This document shows positions 27,261-34,996 of a stretch of 64,000 bases of DNA, piece by piece (within the stretch, counting starts at the first letter, position 1; every line of letters starts with the position of its first letter). The notes beneath the pieces were generated by a model that worked only from the letters and a program-made list of their open reading frames with translations, was not told the origin of the DNA and made no database searches. The stretch covers positions 12,366 to 76,365 of the forward strand of contig CAZKPX010000003.1 of the NCBI GenBank assembly GCA_964554805.1, in the 5' to 3' direction. The translations under genes were made by a program, and so were the position numbers. This DNA comes from an uncultured Candidatus Saccharibacteria bacterium. Its GTDB lineage: Bacteria; Patescibacteriota; CAZHWT01.

Positions 27261-28508
27261 ATGAAATATAGTTCTTTATTTGGAAAAACTACTCGTAATG
27301 TATCTGGGGATGAGGTAGCAGCTAATGCTATTTTGTTAACTAAGGCGGGATTTGTGTATAAGGTGATGGCTGGTGTGTACGCTTATACGCCGCTGGGTAT
27401 TCGGGTTTTGGATAAGATTAAGCAGATTGTACGGGAAGAGATGAATGCTATTGGTGGGCAGGAACTGATCATGAGTAGTTTGCAGAAGAAGGAGACTTGG
27501 GAAACGACTGGCCGATGGAGTGATGAGGTGGTGGATGTGTGGTTTAAGTCTGAGCTGAAAGATAAAACTGAGGTTGGCTTTGGTTGGTCTCATGAGGAAG
27601 CCATTATTGAAATGGTCAAGGAGCAGCTGTCTTCTTACCGCGATTTGCCGATTAATGTTTATCAATTCCAGACTAAGATGCGTAATGAATTGCGAGCTAA
27701 GAGTGGGATTATGCGAGGTCGTGAGTTTGTGATGAAGGATATGTATTCATGTAGTACTGATGAAGCGCAGCATGAGGCTTTTTATCAGGCGACGATGGAT
27801 GCTTATACCCGGGTGTTTGATCGACTGGGTTTTGGTGAGGACACCTTTATTACCTTTGCGGCGGGTGGAGCTTTTACCGAGTTTAGCCATGAATTCCAGA
27901 CTATTTGTGAAGCCGGGGAGGATGTTATTTATATTAATCGAGCCAAGAATATAGCCATCAATGAAGAAGTGCTGAACGATGCAACTATGGCAAAGCTGGG
28001 TGTAACTCGAGATGAATTAGAAGAAGTGAAGACGGCTGAGGTGGGTAATATTTTTAATTTTGGTACAGATAAGAGCCAGGAGACGGACTTTGCGTTTACT
28101 AATGCTGAAGGTGAAAAGCAATATGTTCATCTTGGGTCATATGGCATTGGTATTACCCGGGCTATGGGTGTGATTGTGGAGAAATTCCATGATGAGCGAG
28201 GGATTATGTGGCCTGAAGCTGTGGCGCCATATCGAGTGCACTTGGTGTCTTTAGGGGTTGATGCAGAAGTATTGGCTGAGGCTGAAAAGCTTTACCATCA
28301 GCTAGAAGAGGCTGGGGTAGAGGTGTTGTGGGATGAGCGTGATGCGTCGGCTGGTGTGAAGTTGGGTGACGCTGATCTGATTGGTTTACCTTGGCGAGTC
28401 TTAGTATCCAAGAAGACGTTGGAGCAGGGGAAACTAGAGGTTAAGAAGCGAGATCAGGGTGAGGCTGAGATGCTGAGTGTGGAAGAATTGATGAAGAAAG
28501 TTAGCTAA
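27261..28508 (+). CDS. proS: prolyl-tRNA synthetase (short form lacking the editing insertion), probably leaderless
   Basis: class II aaRS motifs; -10 TATAAT at 27249-27254 ends 6 nt before the ATG at 27261. Confidence 0.8.
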   Translation: MKYSSLFGKTTRNVSGDEVAANAILLTKAGFVYKVMAGVYAYTPLGIRVLDKIKQIVREEMNAIGGQELIMSSLQKKETWETTGRWSDEVVDVWFKSELKDKTEVGFGWSHEEAIIEMVKEQLSSYRDLPINVYQFQTKMRNELRAKSGIMRGREFVMKDMYSCSTDEAQHEAFYQATMDAYTRVFDRLGFGEDTFITFAAGGAFTEFSHEFQTICEAGEDVIYINRAKNIAINEEVLNDATMAKLGVTRDELEEVKTAEVGNIFNFGTDKSQETDFAFTNAEGEKQYVHLGSYGIGITRAMGVIVEKFHDERGIMWPEAVAPYRVHLVSLGVDAEVLAEAEKLYHQLEEAGVEVLWDERDASAGVKLGDADLIGLPWRVLVSKKTLEQGKLEVKKRDQGEAEMLSVEELMKKVS

Positions 28509-29125
28509 TTGCAGGCCATTTACTTTATATCTATTGACATATAGTAATTTATATGCTATACTATAAGTTATTAGGGTGCTAGTACGTTAGCTCCGACAGA
28601 GTGGTTAAGGTAATTTAACTGTTGTGTTGGGGTTAGCGCGCAACCCCTGATGAAGTCGGCAGTGTAGCCACTCACGCTGTCTAAAGACGCGGTTTCTAAT
28701 TAGCCCCCAGTTCGGGGCAAGTCTAACGTGAAATGTTGACGTGTGTTTATTGTGAGAGTGATCGGAGCAGTGTTGTTCATCATCGAGTGGCGATGTTCAC
28801 TGTTCCAAACCCGTGCTTGAGTCGCAGTCCCGGCTGAAAGCTGTAATCTCGAACGAGACGAGATGCGGGTTAAGGACTAATTGACTAGTGCCTTTATGGT
28901 TGTGTTTCGCCAGAGGGTGGAACAAGCAGTTGATCGCGACAGAATCGGGATTCTGTCCGTCGAGTGTTTCCATTTACGCACAACGGTGGCCTCACCGGAA
29001 AACGAGGGCTCTTAGAGAGTAGGGTCCTAACCCTCAAAACAAGGGTTGCAACAACTCTCCAAAATTGTACGGACCGCGCACTTCACCACCTCCCCGAAGG
29101 TTGTCGAGCAGTGTTCGTGCATCGG

Positions 29126-29178
29126 CGAGCCGCATCAGTTGTCTATCATATGACAGCAGGTGCGGCTCATCCCCCTTT
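29126..29178 (+). terminator. strong rho-independent terminator (GAGCCGCA...TGCGGCTC-ATCCCCCTTTTTATT)
   Basis: long hairpin with an inner palindrome TGTCTATCATATGACAG, then a T5 run. Confidence 0.75.
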
Positions 29179-29239
29179 TTATTGATTTATTGTAGATTTG
29201 AAAATTGTAGCTTAGCTGTTTGGGCATCTTTGATATTTT

Positions 29240-29268
29240 GACTTTTGAAATCTTTCGCTGTATACTAC
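29240..29268 (+). promoter_or_regulatory. promoter TTGACT-17-TATACT
   Basis: consensus spacing; lies 23 nt upstream of the HIT gene ATG. Confidence 0.55.
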
Positions 29269-29290
29269 GCAATTGTATTGGAGCGACTTT

Positions 29291-29617
29291 ATGGATTGTT
29301 TGTTTTGTTCAATCGTCCAAGGGAATATTCCAGCTAAGGTTCATTACCAAGATGACTTGTGCCTGGTTTTTGAAGATATCCACCCTAAAGCGCCGGTACA
29401 TTTGCTTGTTATCCCTAAGCGTCACATCGTTAGTTTGGCAGAAACCTCAGTAGATGACCAAGAAATTCTTGGCACGCTATTGGTAACTGTGTCTCAAGTG
29501 GCTAAGGATAAAGGACTAAAAGGCTACAAGATCGCCATTAATACCGGTCGAGACGGTGGGCAGGTGGTTGATCATTTGCATATGCATTTGCTCGGTGGGA
29601 AGAAGTTCTCTGAATAG
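29291..29617 (+). CDS. HIT-family (histidine triad) nucleotide hydrolase
   Basis: MDCLFCSIVQGNIPAKV...VDHLHMHLLGG. Confidence 0.8.
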   Translation: MDCLFCSIVQGNIPAKVHYQDDLCLVFEDIHPKAPVHLLVIPKRHIVSLAETSVDDQEILGTLLVTVSQVAKDKGLKGYKIAINTGRDGGQVVDHLHMHLLGGKKFSE

Positions 29618-29730
29618 CAGTTAGAAGGTAGGAGGTGGGAGATAGAAGGTGGACTGTCTATCAGTTTTTACGTTTTAACGTAACTTATTATTTTTATTTA
29701 TTTGATTGAAGGGTGGTGTATTTTACACAC

Positions 29731-29916
29731 ATGGCACAAGTTCAAGCAATGCCAAATGAATCTGTTGAAAGCCTGATTCGTCGCTTCACCAAGGAAGTGC
29801 AGAAGGAAGGTATTTTGACCGAATATAAAGAGCGTGAGCATTATAAGTCTCCAGCAGAGCGCCGTAAGGAAATGAAGAATCGACGCACTCGTCGTTTCCG
29901 TACCAACGAAGACTAA
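29731..29916 (+). CDS. rpsU: 30S ribosomal protein S21 (alternative start at 29749)
   Basis: SLIRRFTKEVQKEGILTEYKEREHYKSPAERRKEMKNRRTRRFR matches the S21 pattern. Confidence 0.8.
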   Translation: MAQVQAMPNESVESLIRRFTKEVQKEGILTEYKEREHYKSPAERRKEMKNRRTRRFRTNED

Positions 29917-29938
29917 TCGTCATTCAAAGGGTTATTGT

Positions 29939-30376
29939 ATGATCCAATCCTTACAGCAAGACTTAATTTCCGCAATGAAAGCCAAAGATGATGTCCGTGT
30001 GGGCACATTGAGGTTGTTATTGTCTTCGGCAAAAAATAAGCAAATTGACCTTGGCCACGAGTTGTCTGAGGATGACTTTAAGGCTGTGGTACAACGAGAA
30101 GTTAAGCAGCGCAAAGATTCTATTTCTCAGTTTGAAGCTGCTGGACGAGCAGATCTGGCTGAAGAAGAGAAGGCTGAGCTGGCTGTTATGCAAGAATATA
30201 TGCCTGCGCAGATGTCTGAAGAGGCTATTGCCGTTGAAGTAGATAAGGCGGTGGCTGAGAGTGGCGCTGCTAGCGCTTCTGATATAGGTAAAGTGATGCC
30301 TTTGCTCGGTCATTTAAAGGGTCAGGCTGATATGGGAATTGTTTCGAGATTGGTAAAGAAAAGCTTGGCTAATTGA
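29939..30376 (+). CDS. GatB/YqeY domain protein
   Basis: 145 aa; the common rpsU-yqeY neighbourhood; helical GatB C-terminal-like composition. Confidence 0.65.
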   Translation: MIQSLQQDLISAMKAKDDVRVGTLRLLLSSAKNKQIDLGHELSEDDFKAVVQREVKQRKDSISQFEAAGRADLAEEEKAELAVMQEYMPAQMSEEAIAVEVDKAVAESGAASASDIGKVMPLLGHLKGQADMGIVSRLVKKSLAN

Positions 30377-30379
30377 CTA

Positions 30380-30496
30380 AAAAGGCAAAGGGCAAAGGGC
30401 AAAAATTAAAATCGTAAATCAAAAGTTGTTATACTAACATTGCAATCATTGGGCACTTTTAATAGTAACTTTTGATTTTTGCCCTTTGCCTTTTGA
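30380..30496. repeat. heptamer-array inverted-repeat element (AAAGGCA)n ... spacer with TAAATCAAAAGTT ... (TGCCCTT)n
   Basis: same family as 16241-16476 and 49060-49152. Confidence 0.7.
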
Positions 30497-30500
30497 TTTT

Positions 30501-30848
30501 ATGAAGATACATATGGGTTTGAATGTGACAAATGATGATAAGACGAGTCGGTTGCATGAGGAGCATTTTGATGATGTTTCAGCGACCGACACTATGTCAT
30601 GGCCGTTTAATGAAATGACCCCAGATGGTGATTATTTCTTGGGAGATATTGTTGTAAATTTTGATCAAATCAAGAGAACGGCTGAAGAGCTGTCGTTGCC
30701 AGAAAAGGAAGAGTTGGCGAGACTAATCGTACATAGCAGCCTGCATTTGATGGGTTTGGATGATAAAACCGATGATGGTTCTGAAGAGATGCGACAGGCT
30801 GAGAATAGAGTGCTGAACAGGATCTTTAAGAACCCTAGTTTGCGGTAA
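30501..30848 (+). CDS. ybeY: rRNA maturation RNase YbeY, short form
   Basis: HSSLHLMGLDD (HxxxHxxGxxH) zinc motif. Confidence 0.8.
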   Translation: MKIHMGLNVTNDDKTSRLHEEHFDDVSATDTMSWPFNEMTPDGDYFLGDIVVNFDQIKRTAEELSLPEKEELARLIVHSSLHLMGLDDKTDDGSEEMRQAENRVLNRIFKNPSLR

Positions 30849-30924
30849 ATGTTGTGTTTAGAGAAGTTTAAAGGCGCCAAATTAAGTTCTAGCGCCTTTA
30901 TGCGTGTCTGGGAGAACCAGATGG

Positions 30925-31461
30925 CTACATGTCGTTTGGGTCGGGAGTGTTGCTGCTAATGCTCACCTGAAGGTGATGGTCTGGACCCCCGCAGTATCTT
31001 ACACACAAGCAAGGGTAGCCCATGGTGTGAGCTGTCTCCTTGGCATGTAGGTGATCAGCGAGAACGAAGTTGTCCCAATGTGGACTCGTATGCCCGCTCC
31101 AATGAGTCATTGGATGCCCGCAGAGATGACAGCAGGGCTCTTTCTGGGCCTTATAATCATGCTGGTCAATCCAAGAGCACTTCGAGCCTGCGTTCGCTAT
31201 GTACTCTATGTTGTTATTGAGGTAGTCGCCTAGCGGAGCAGTCTGCTTCATAATGGTGAAGCATTGGGCATTGCTCTCGAAGCAGGTGCTTAGTTCATGC
31301 CATACGACTTGCGGGACAAGCAGTCGTACGTCATTGAAGGGACCGTAGATGATTGTTATCTGGTTAAGTTGATCCAATGTAGCCTGCTCTTGCAGTTGGC
31401 TGTAAAGCGCTTTAGTGCCGTAGGGATAATCGACAGAGATTAAAACTGGTGGCTGCGACAT
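30925..31461 (-). CDS. hypothetical Cys/His-rich protein (178 aa)
   Basis: ORF with clustered C and H residues (CCHLCGHPMTHWSGH...CLCVRYCGGPDHH). Confidence 0.45.
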   Translation of the reverse strand: MSQPPVLISVDYPYGTKALYSQLQEQATLDQLNQITIIYGPFNDVRLLVPQVVWHELSTCFESNAQCFTIMKQTAPLGDYLNNNIEYIANAGSKCSWIDQHDYKAQKEPCCHLCGHPMTHWSGHTSPHWDNFVLADHLHAKETAHTMGYPCLCVRYCGGPDHHLQVSISSNTPDPNDM

Positions 31462-31671
31462 GAAATCTCTCTCCTGGTTGTCTCTGTGGTGGCGCCGACC
31501 GCTACCTTGAATGGGACTATAGCTGTCGTGGAATCAATTGTCAATCAAATTGACGGAGTATTTGATATGGTATTGGATGAGAAAATATAAGTATTGAGCC
31601 GTTTTTATTAAATAATAAAAAATTGTTAGGCCAAGAGCTGGTTGCTCTTGGCCTTTTGGTTTGACGATTAA

Positions 31672-32271
31672 TTACGTCATGGGATCGCCTTTGCGATACA
31701 GTTGATCCTCGATATGGCTAGCTCTATCCTTGGCCCGTTGATCTGGCTGGTGGTTGGGTTTGATCCATTGGCCGGCGTCTTCGGCTATTTGACAGGCGGT
31801 GCCATCGGGGCTAGGGAATTCTATCCAGTCGTAGAGATAGCCTTCCTTCAAGATGCCCTCTATTGGCATATGACGAAGAGGTGTCCAATGCTCTTCGCTC
31901 ATACTAGCGCTCCTTAGAGTGCGCTCTAGCTCGTCGGGGTTGTCAAAAAGTTGACCGATAAAGGGTTTGAAGAGGTCGCGAAGTCGTTGGTCGCCCTTGG
32001 ACCACGTTAAGTCTTTGAACTCCGGACGCATGAATAGGCTTTGAAGGGTTTGGCCGTTTGGATAGACGCTGCAGCCGATACCTGCTTGCTTGAGGATGTT
32101 TTCGACCTGTGATTTGGCCGACAGGTTGACTTCAATGGTTACAGATTGATCCTTATCGGTGGCGTGGCCGACATAAATGTTCTGGGCAAAGTCTTTGGCG
32201 AGGTGAGCTCCGGCCAAAGCCGTCACGACATCCATTAGTTGATGAGAAGATTCGACTACAAGCGTGGGCAT
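31672..32271 (-). CDS. hypothetical protein (199 aa)
   Basis: ribosome-binding site GAGGAGAG; TATACTCCC -10-like element about 50 nt upstream on the minus strand. Confidence 0.45.
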   Translation of the reverse strand: MPTLVVESSHQLMDVVTALAGAHLAKDFAQNIYVGHATDKDQSVTIEVNLSAKSQVENILKQAGIGCSVYPNGQTLQSLFMRPEFKDLTWSKGDQRLRDLFKPFIGQLFDNPDELERTLRSASMSEEHWTPLRHMPIEGILKEGYLYDWIEFPSPDGTACQIAEDAGQWIKPNHQPDQRAKDRASHIEDQLYRKGDPMT

Positions 32272-32392
32272 TTGGTTATCTCTCCTCGATTTTGCAGCTT
32301 AACCACAGCGGTTTAGCTCTGGCGGGAGTATAGTTAGCTGGGAATCTTTTGTCAAACTAAATAGTAGGCGGAATTAAATCTTTGATACATAT

Positions 32393-32445
32393 GCCAAAAA
32401 ATGAAACGAGGCGCCGGAAGTGTTTCGGCGCCTATTTGAATTTGA
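32393..32445 (-). terminator. bidirectional terminator hairpin AGGCGCCGGAAGTGTTTCGGCGCCT
   Basis: A-run before and T-rich sequence after; near-identical hairpin at 33141-33165. Confidence 0.6.
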
Positions 32446-32453
32446 TCAGAGAG

Positions 32454-33062
32454 TTATTTGTATTTACCATCTCTGATGTCAATAGCACTCTTCAACGTAT
32501 CGATAAAGCGCTTGCATGCCTTGGCCTGCAGAGAGTGAGGCTTCCAGTACTTGCCGACGGCTTTGTCAATCCTGACCGGTTGAGGTCCATACTGGACTTT
32601 GGTTTTCTCGGGAATTACCCATCCTGATCGATAAACCTCAATCAAGACTTCGAGACCGCCACCGAACTGCTTCTTTATGTCTGGGGTCATCTGAGAGCGG
32701 ACTGCTCCCTCAAACCTGATGTGGGAATCGAAGTGATTTCCTTTGAATGGCAGAATCAGTTTGCTCAGGCCTGGATCTGGGTTGGACCAAGTGGATCTCT
32801 CCATCTCGGAATTTACCATTAATATATCGGCCATCAACAAAGTCTGGAGCGATTGAACGCGCAAGCGGCCGTTAGAGAACTTGCCTGGCAGTTCATTTAT
32901 CTCGGGCTCGCTGGAGTTGATGAGAATAACAGCGGCTTCTGATGTCTCTGACCAGAGTGAAGTTTTCCCCACCCGGATACCCTGCAAATTTTGGCAGGTT
33001 TTGCCGATGATGGCCAGCGCTTCAGGTAGGTCTTCTGCCGGCATAACCAACGTAAGGTGCAT
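32454..33062 (-). CDS. hypothetical protein (202 aa)
   Basis: ribosome-binding site AAGGAG; TATACTCCCC element upstream. Confidence 0.45.
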   Translation of the reverse strand: MHLTLVMPAEDLPEALAIIGKTCQNLQGIRVGKTSLWSETSEAAVILINSSEPEINELPGKFSNGRLRVQSLQTLLMADILMVNSEMERSTWSNPDPGLSKLILPFKGNHFDSHIRFEGAVRSQMTPDIKKQFGGGLEVLIEVYRSGWVIPEKTKVQYGPQPVRIDKAVGKYWKPHSLQAKACKRFIDTLKSAIDIRDGKYK

Positions 33063-33140
33063 CGGTATTTCTCCTTGACTGCGGATACCACGTCGGTGTC
33101 CTCTCGGTGGGGAGTATAGTTTTGTAAAGAGGATGTGTCA

Positions 33141-33170
33141 AGGGCGCCGGAAGTGTCCGGCGCCTTTGGG
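33141..33170 (-). terminator. terminator-like hairpin GGGCGCCGGAAGTGTCCGGCGCC (paralogue of the 32409 hairpin)
   Basis: lies 18 nt downstream of the stop of the 33183..33485 ORF. Confidence 0.5.
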
Positions 33171-33182
33171 TGTATCGCGTGG

Positions 33183-33485
33183 CTAGTAGTCTCGCCACAT
33201 GACCTGCTTGATATGGCAATGGCAGTGGCGGGTGTGGAGGTGTTTGCCTTTGGGAGGACTTTGCAAGATGTGTGGGTGCTCCAACTGGAAGAAGGTATTG
33301 GCAAACATATCCATATCTATCCAGATTGAGTTCACCGGTGCTTGGCAATCTGGGCAACTATCGGCACGTGTGTGGTCGTCCATGTTGAAATAGTGACAGA
33401 CGATGGGTACGCCATTGCTGGAACTGGTCATTCTCAGCTCGAGCTTTTCGACACCTGGTGCGATTTCCAGTGGGTTAGCCGGCAT
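33183..33485 (-). CDS. small Cys/His-rich protein (100 aa), paralogous to the 52440..52718 ORF
   Basis: MPANP... start; VCHYF..CPDC and HTRHCHCH clusters; the 52440 ORF begins MANPINRT... with CDHCHQAVGHH. Confidence 0.45.
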   Translation of the reverse strand: MPANPLEIAPGVEKLELRMTSSSNGVPIVCHYFNMDDHTRADSCPDCQAPVNSIWIDMDMFANTFFQLEHPHILQSPPKGKHLHTRHCHCHIKQVMWRDY

Positions 33486-33605
33486 GTCTCAGCCTTTCTG
33501 ATGATTGGCGGTGGGTCAGTGGTCTCTGGTTGAGGATAATACTCCTTATGACTAGACTGCGTCAATGGAGGTGCAAGGTTATGGGTATATGTCTATGATT
33601 CGGAT

Positions 33606-33748
33606 GAAGATTTAATCCCGGCTAGGCGGCTGGGATTAAATCTTCACTGCTGGCTGAGCGATAAGAGAGTGATAGCTATCGTGTATTAGATTGGATTATT
33701 AATGACAAGATTTAATCCGGCACGGCGTGTTGGGATTAAATCTTGTTT
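33606..33748. repeat. two similar hairpins (AAGATTTAATCCC-loop-GGGATTAAATCTT) about 100 nt apart
   Basis: copies at 33606-33645 and 33708-33748; stems identical, loops different. Confidence 0.6.
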
Positions 33749-33784
33749 GTTGGTGGGGGTGGGTGGAGGTGGTACAATACTGGT

Positions 33785-34162
33785 ATGATTAGTCAAGCTA
33801 AGCGACAGGCTCGGAGTTATAGGTATGCGGCTAAGGGTGTTCGCTATACACTGAGCACGCAGATTAATATTTGGGTGCATCTAGTGAGCGCTGGGGCGGT
33901 TATTTGTTTGGGATTGGTGCTGCATTTTAGTGTGGAGAAGATGTTGCTGGTAGTGTTGGCTATTGGGTTGGTGTTGGCGGCCGAGTTGCTGAATACGGCT
34001 ATTGAGGTGATGGTAGACTTGTTGTCGCCTGAGTATGCGGAGAAGGCTGGTATAGTCAAGGATGTGGCTGCTGGCGGGGTATTGGCGGCGGCAGTGTGTG
34101 CTTCGATTGTGGGTATTAGTTTGTTTGGGCCGCCGCTGTTTTCTTTATTGATTGGTCAATAA
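33785..34162 (+). CDS. dgkA: diacylglycerol kinase / undecaprenol kinase family protein
   Basis: 126 aa with three transmembrane segments; EVMVDLLSPEY...AGGVLAAAV resembles the DgkA motifs. Confidence 0.65.
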   Translation: MISQAKRQARSYRYAAKGVRYTLSTQINIWVHLVSAGAVICLGLVLHFSVEKMLLVVLAIGLVLAAELLNTAIEVMVDLLSPEYAEKAGIVKDVAAGGVLAAAVCASIVGISLFGPPLFSLLIGQ

Positions 34163-34301
34163 ACTAAGCAGCGGATGTAGAATACGCTGCCGTTGGCAGA
34201 GAATAGAGAATATTGAATATTGTTAAAGTCAAAATTGTAGATCTACCTAGTCTCATATTCCTCTATATTCTATATTCAATATCCGTGACCGAAGGGAATC
34301 T

Positions 34302-34919
34302 ATGAAATTGATTGTTGGATTGGGAAATGTTGGAACGCAATATGAGATGACGCCGCACAATGTGGGGTTTGCTGTAATTGATCAGCTGGCTGGTCAGTTA
34401 AGCGACGAGCGACAAGCGACGAGCGACGGATGGGAAACGGTGGGGAGAATTAAGGCTGACGTGCTAAAGACTAAACTTGGAGATGAAGAGGTGGTGTTGG
34501 CTAAGCCGACGACTATGATGAATTTGTCAGGTGGGGCGGTTAGTAAGTTGGCCCAGTTTTATCGGATTAAGGCTGAGGATATTTGGATAATTCACGATGA
34601 GTTGGACTTGGTGTTGGGTAGATTGAAAATTTCTTCTGGTGGCGGGATGAATGGGCATAATGGGCTACTTTCTATTACAGAACAGTTGGGGCATAATCGG
34701 TTTTGGCAGTTCAAAGTTGGGGTGGACGGGCGAGTTGGTCGAGAGATACCAGGCTTAGCTTACGTGTTAAAGCCATATGATGGCAGCGAGTTACAACTTG
34801 TGCACAAAAGTGTGGATATGACTGTTGAAGCAGTAAAATTGGCCTTGTCTAGCGGTCTGGAGCGAGCTCGGAAAGAGTATAATAAGAAAGTGGTTGAACC
34901 ACTTTCTGAGGAGAAGTAA
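34302..34919 (+). CDS. pth: peptidyl-tRNA hydrolase
   Basis: MKLIVGLGNVGTQYEMTPHNVGF...MNLSGGAV...HDELDL; a GCGACRR array at 34401-34428 encodes SDERQATSDG. Confidence 0.85.
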   Translation: MKLIVGLGNVGTQYEMTPHNVGFAVIDQLAGQLSDERQATSDGWETVGRIKADVLKTKLGDEEVVLAKPTTMMNLSGGAVSKLAQFYRIKAEDIWIIHDELDLVLGRLKISSGGGMNGHNGLLSITEQLGHNRFWQFKVGVDGRVGREIPGLAYVLKPYDGSELQLVHKSVDMTVEAVKLALSSGLERARKEYNKKVVEPLSEEK

Positions 34920-34996
34920 AAAGAAGAAGTTAAAAAGGGTTATTCTGTCTTTTTGCTTAACTTCTCCTTCTCGCTCCTCCTTGCAACTTATTGAAC

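Larger units (their letters stand above)
28509..29272 (+). other. 760-bp ORF-free segment; candidate structured non-coding RNA(s)
   Basis: no ORF of 60 codons or more on either strand; many local hairpins; ends with a strong terminator. Confidence 0.35.

Noticed and set aside
28509-29272. Assigning the ORF-free region specifically to RNase P RNA or tmRNA
   Set aside because: Searched by eye for P4 (GGAAAGUCCGGGCUCC / ACAGAACCCGGCUUA), the tmRNA 5' GGGG...GAUUC and 3' T-arm-ACCA signatures, and the SRP GGAAGCAGCC motif on both strands. Only a weak AGUCCCGGCU similarity was found. Identity left open pending covariance-model search.
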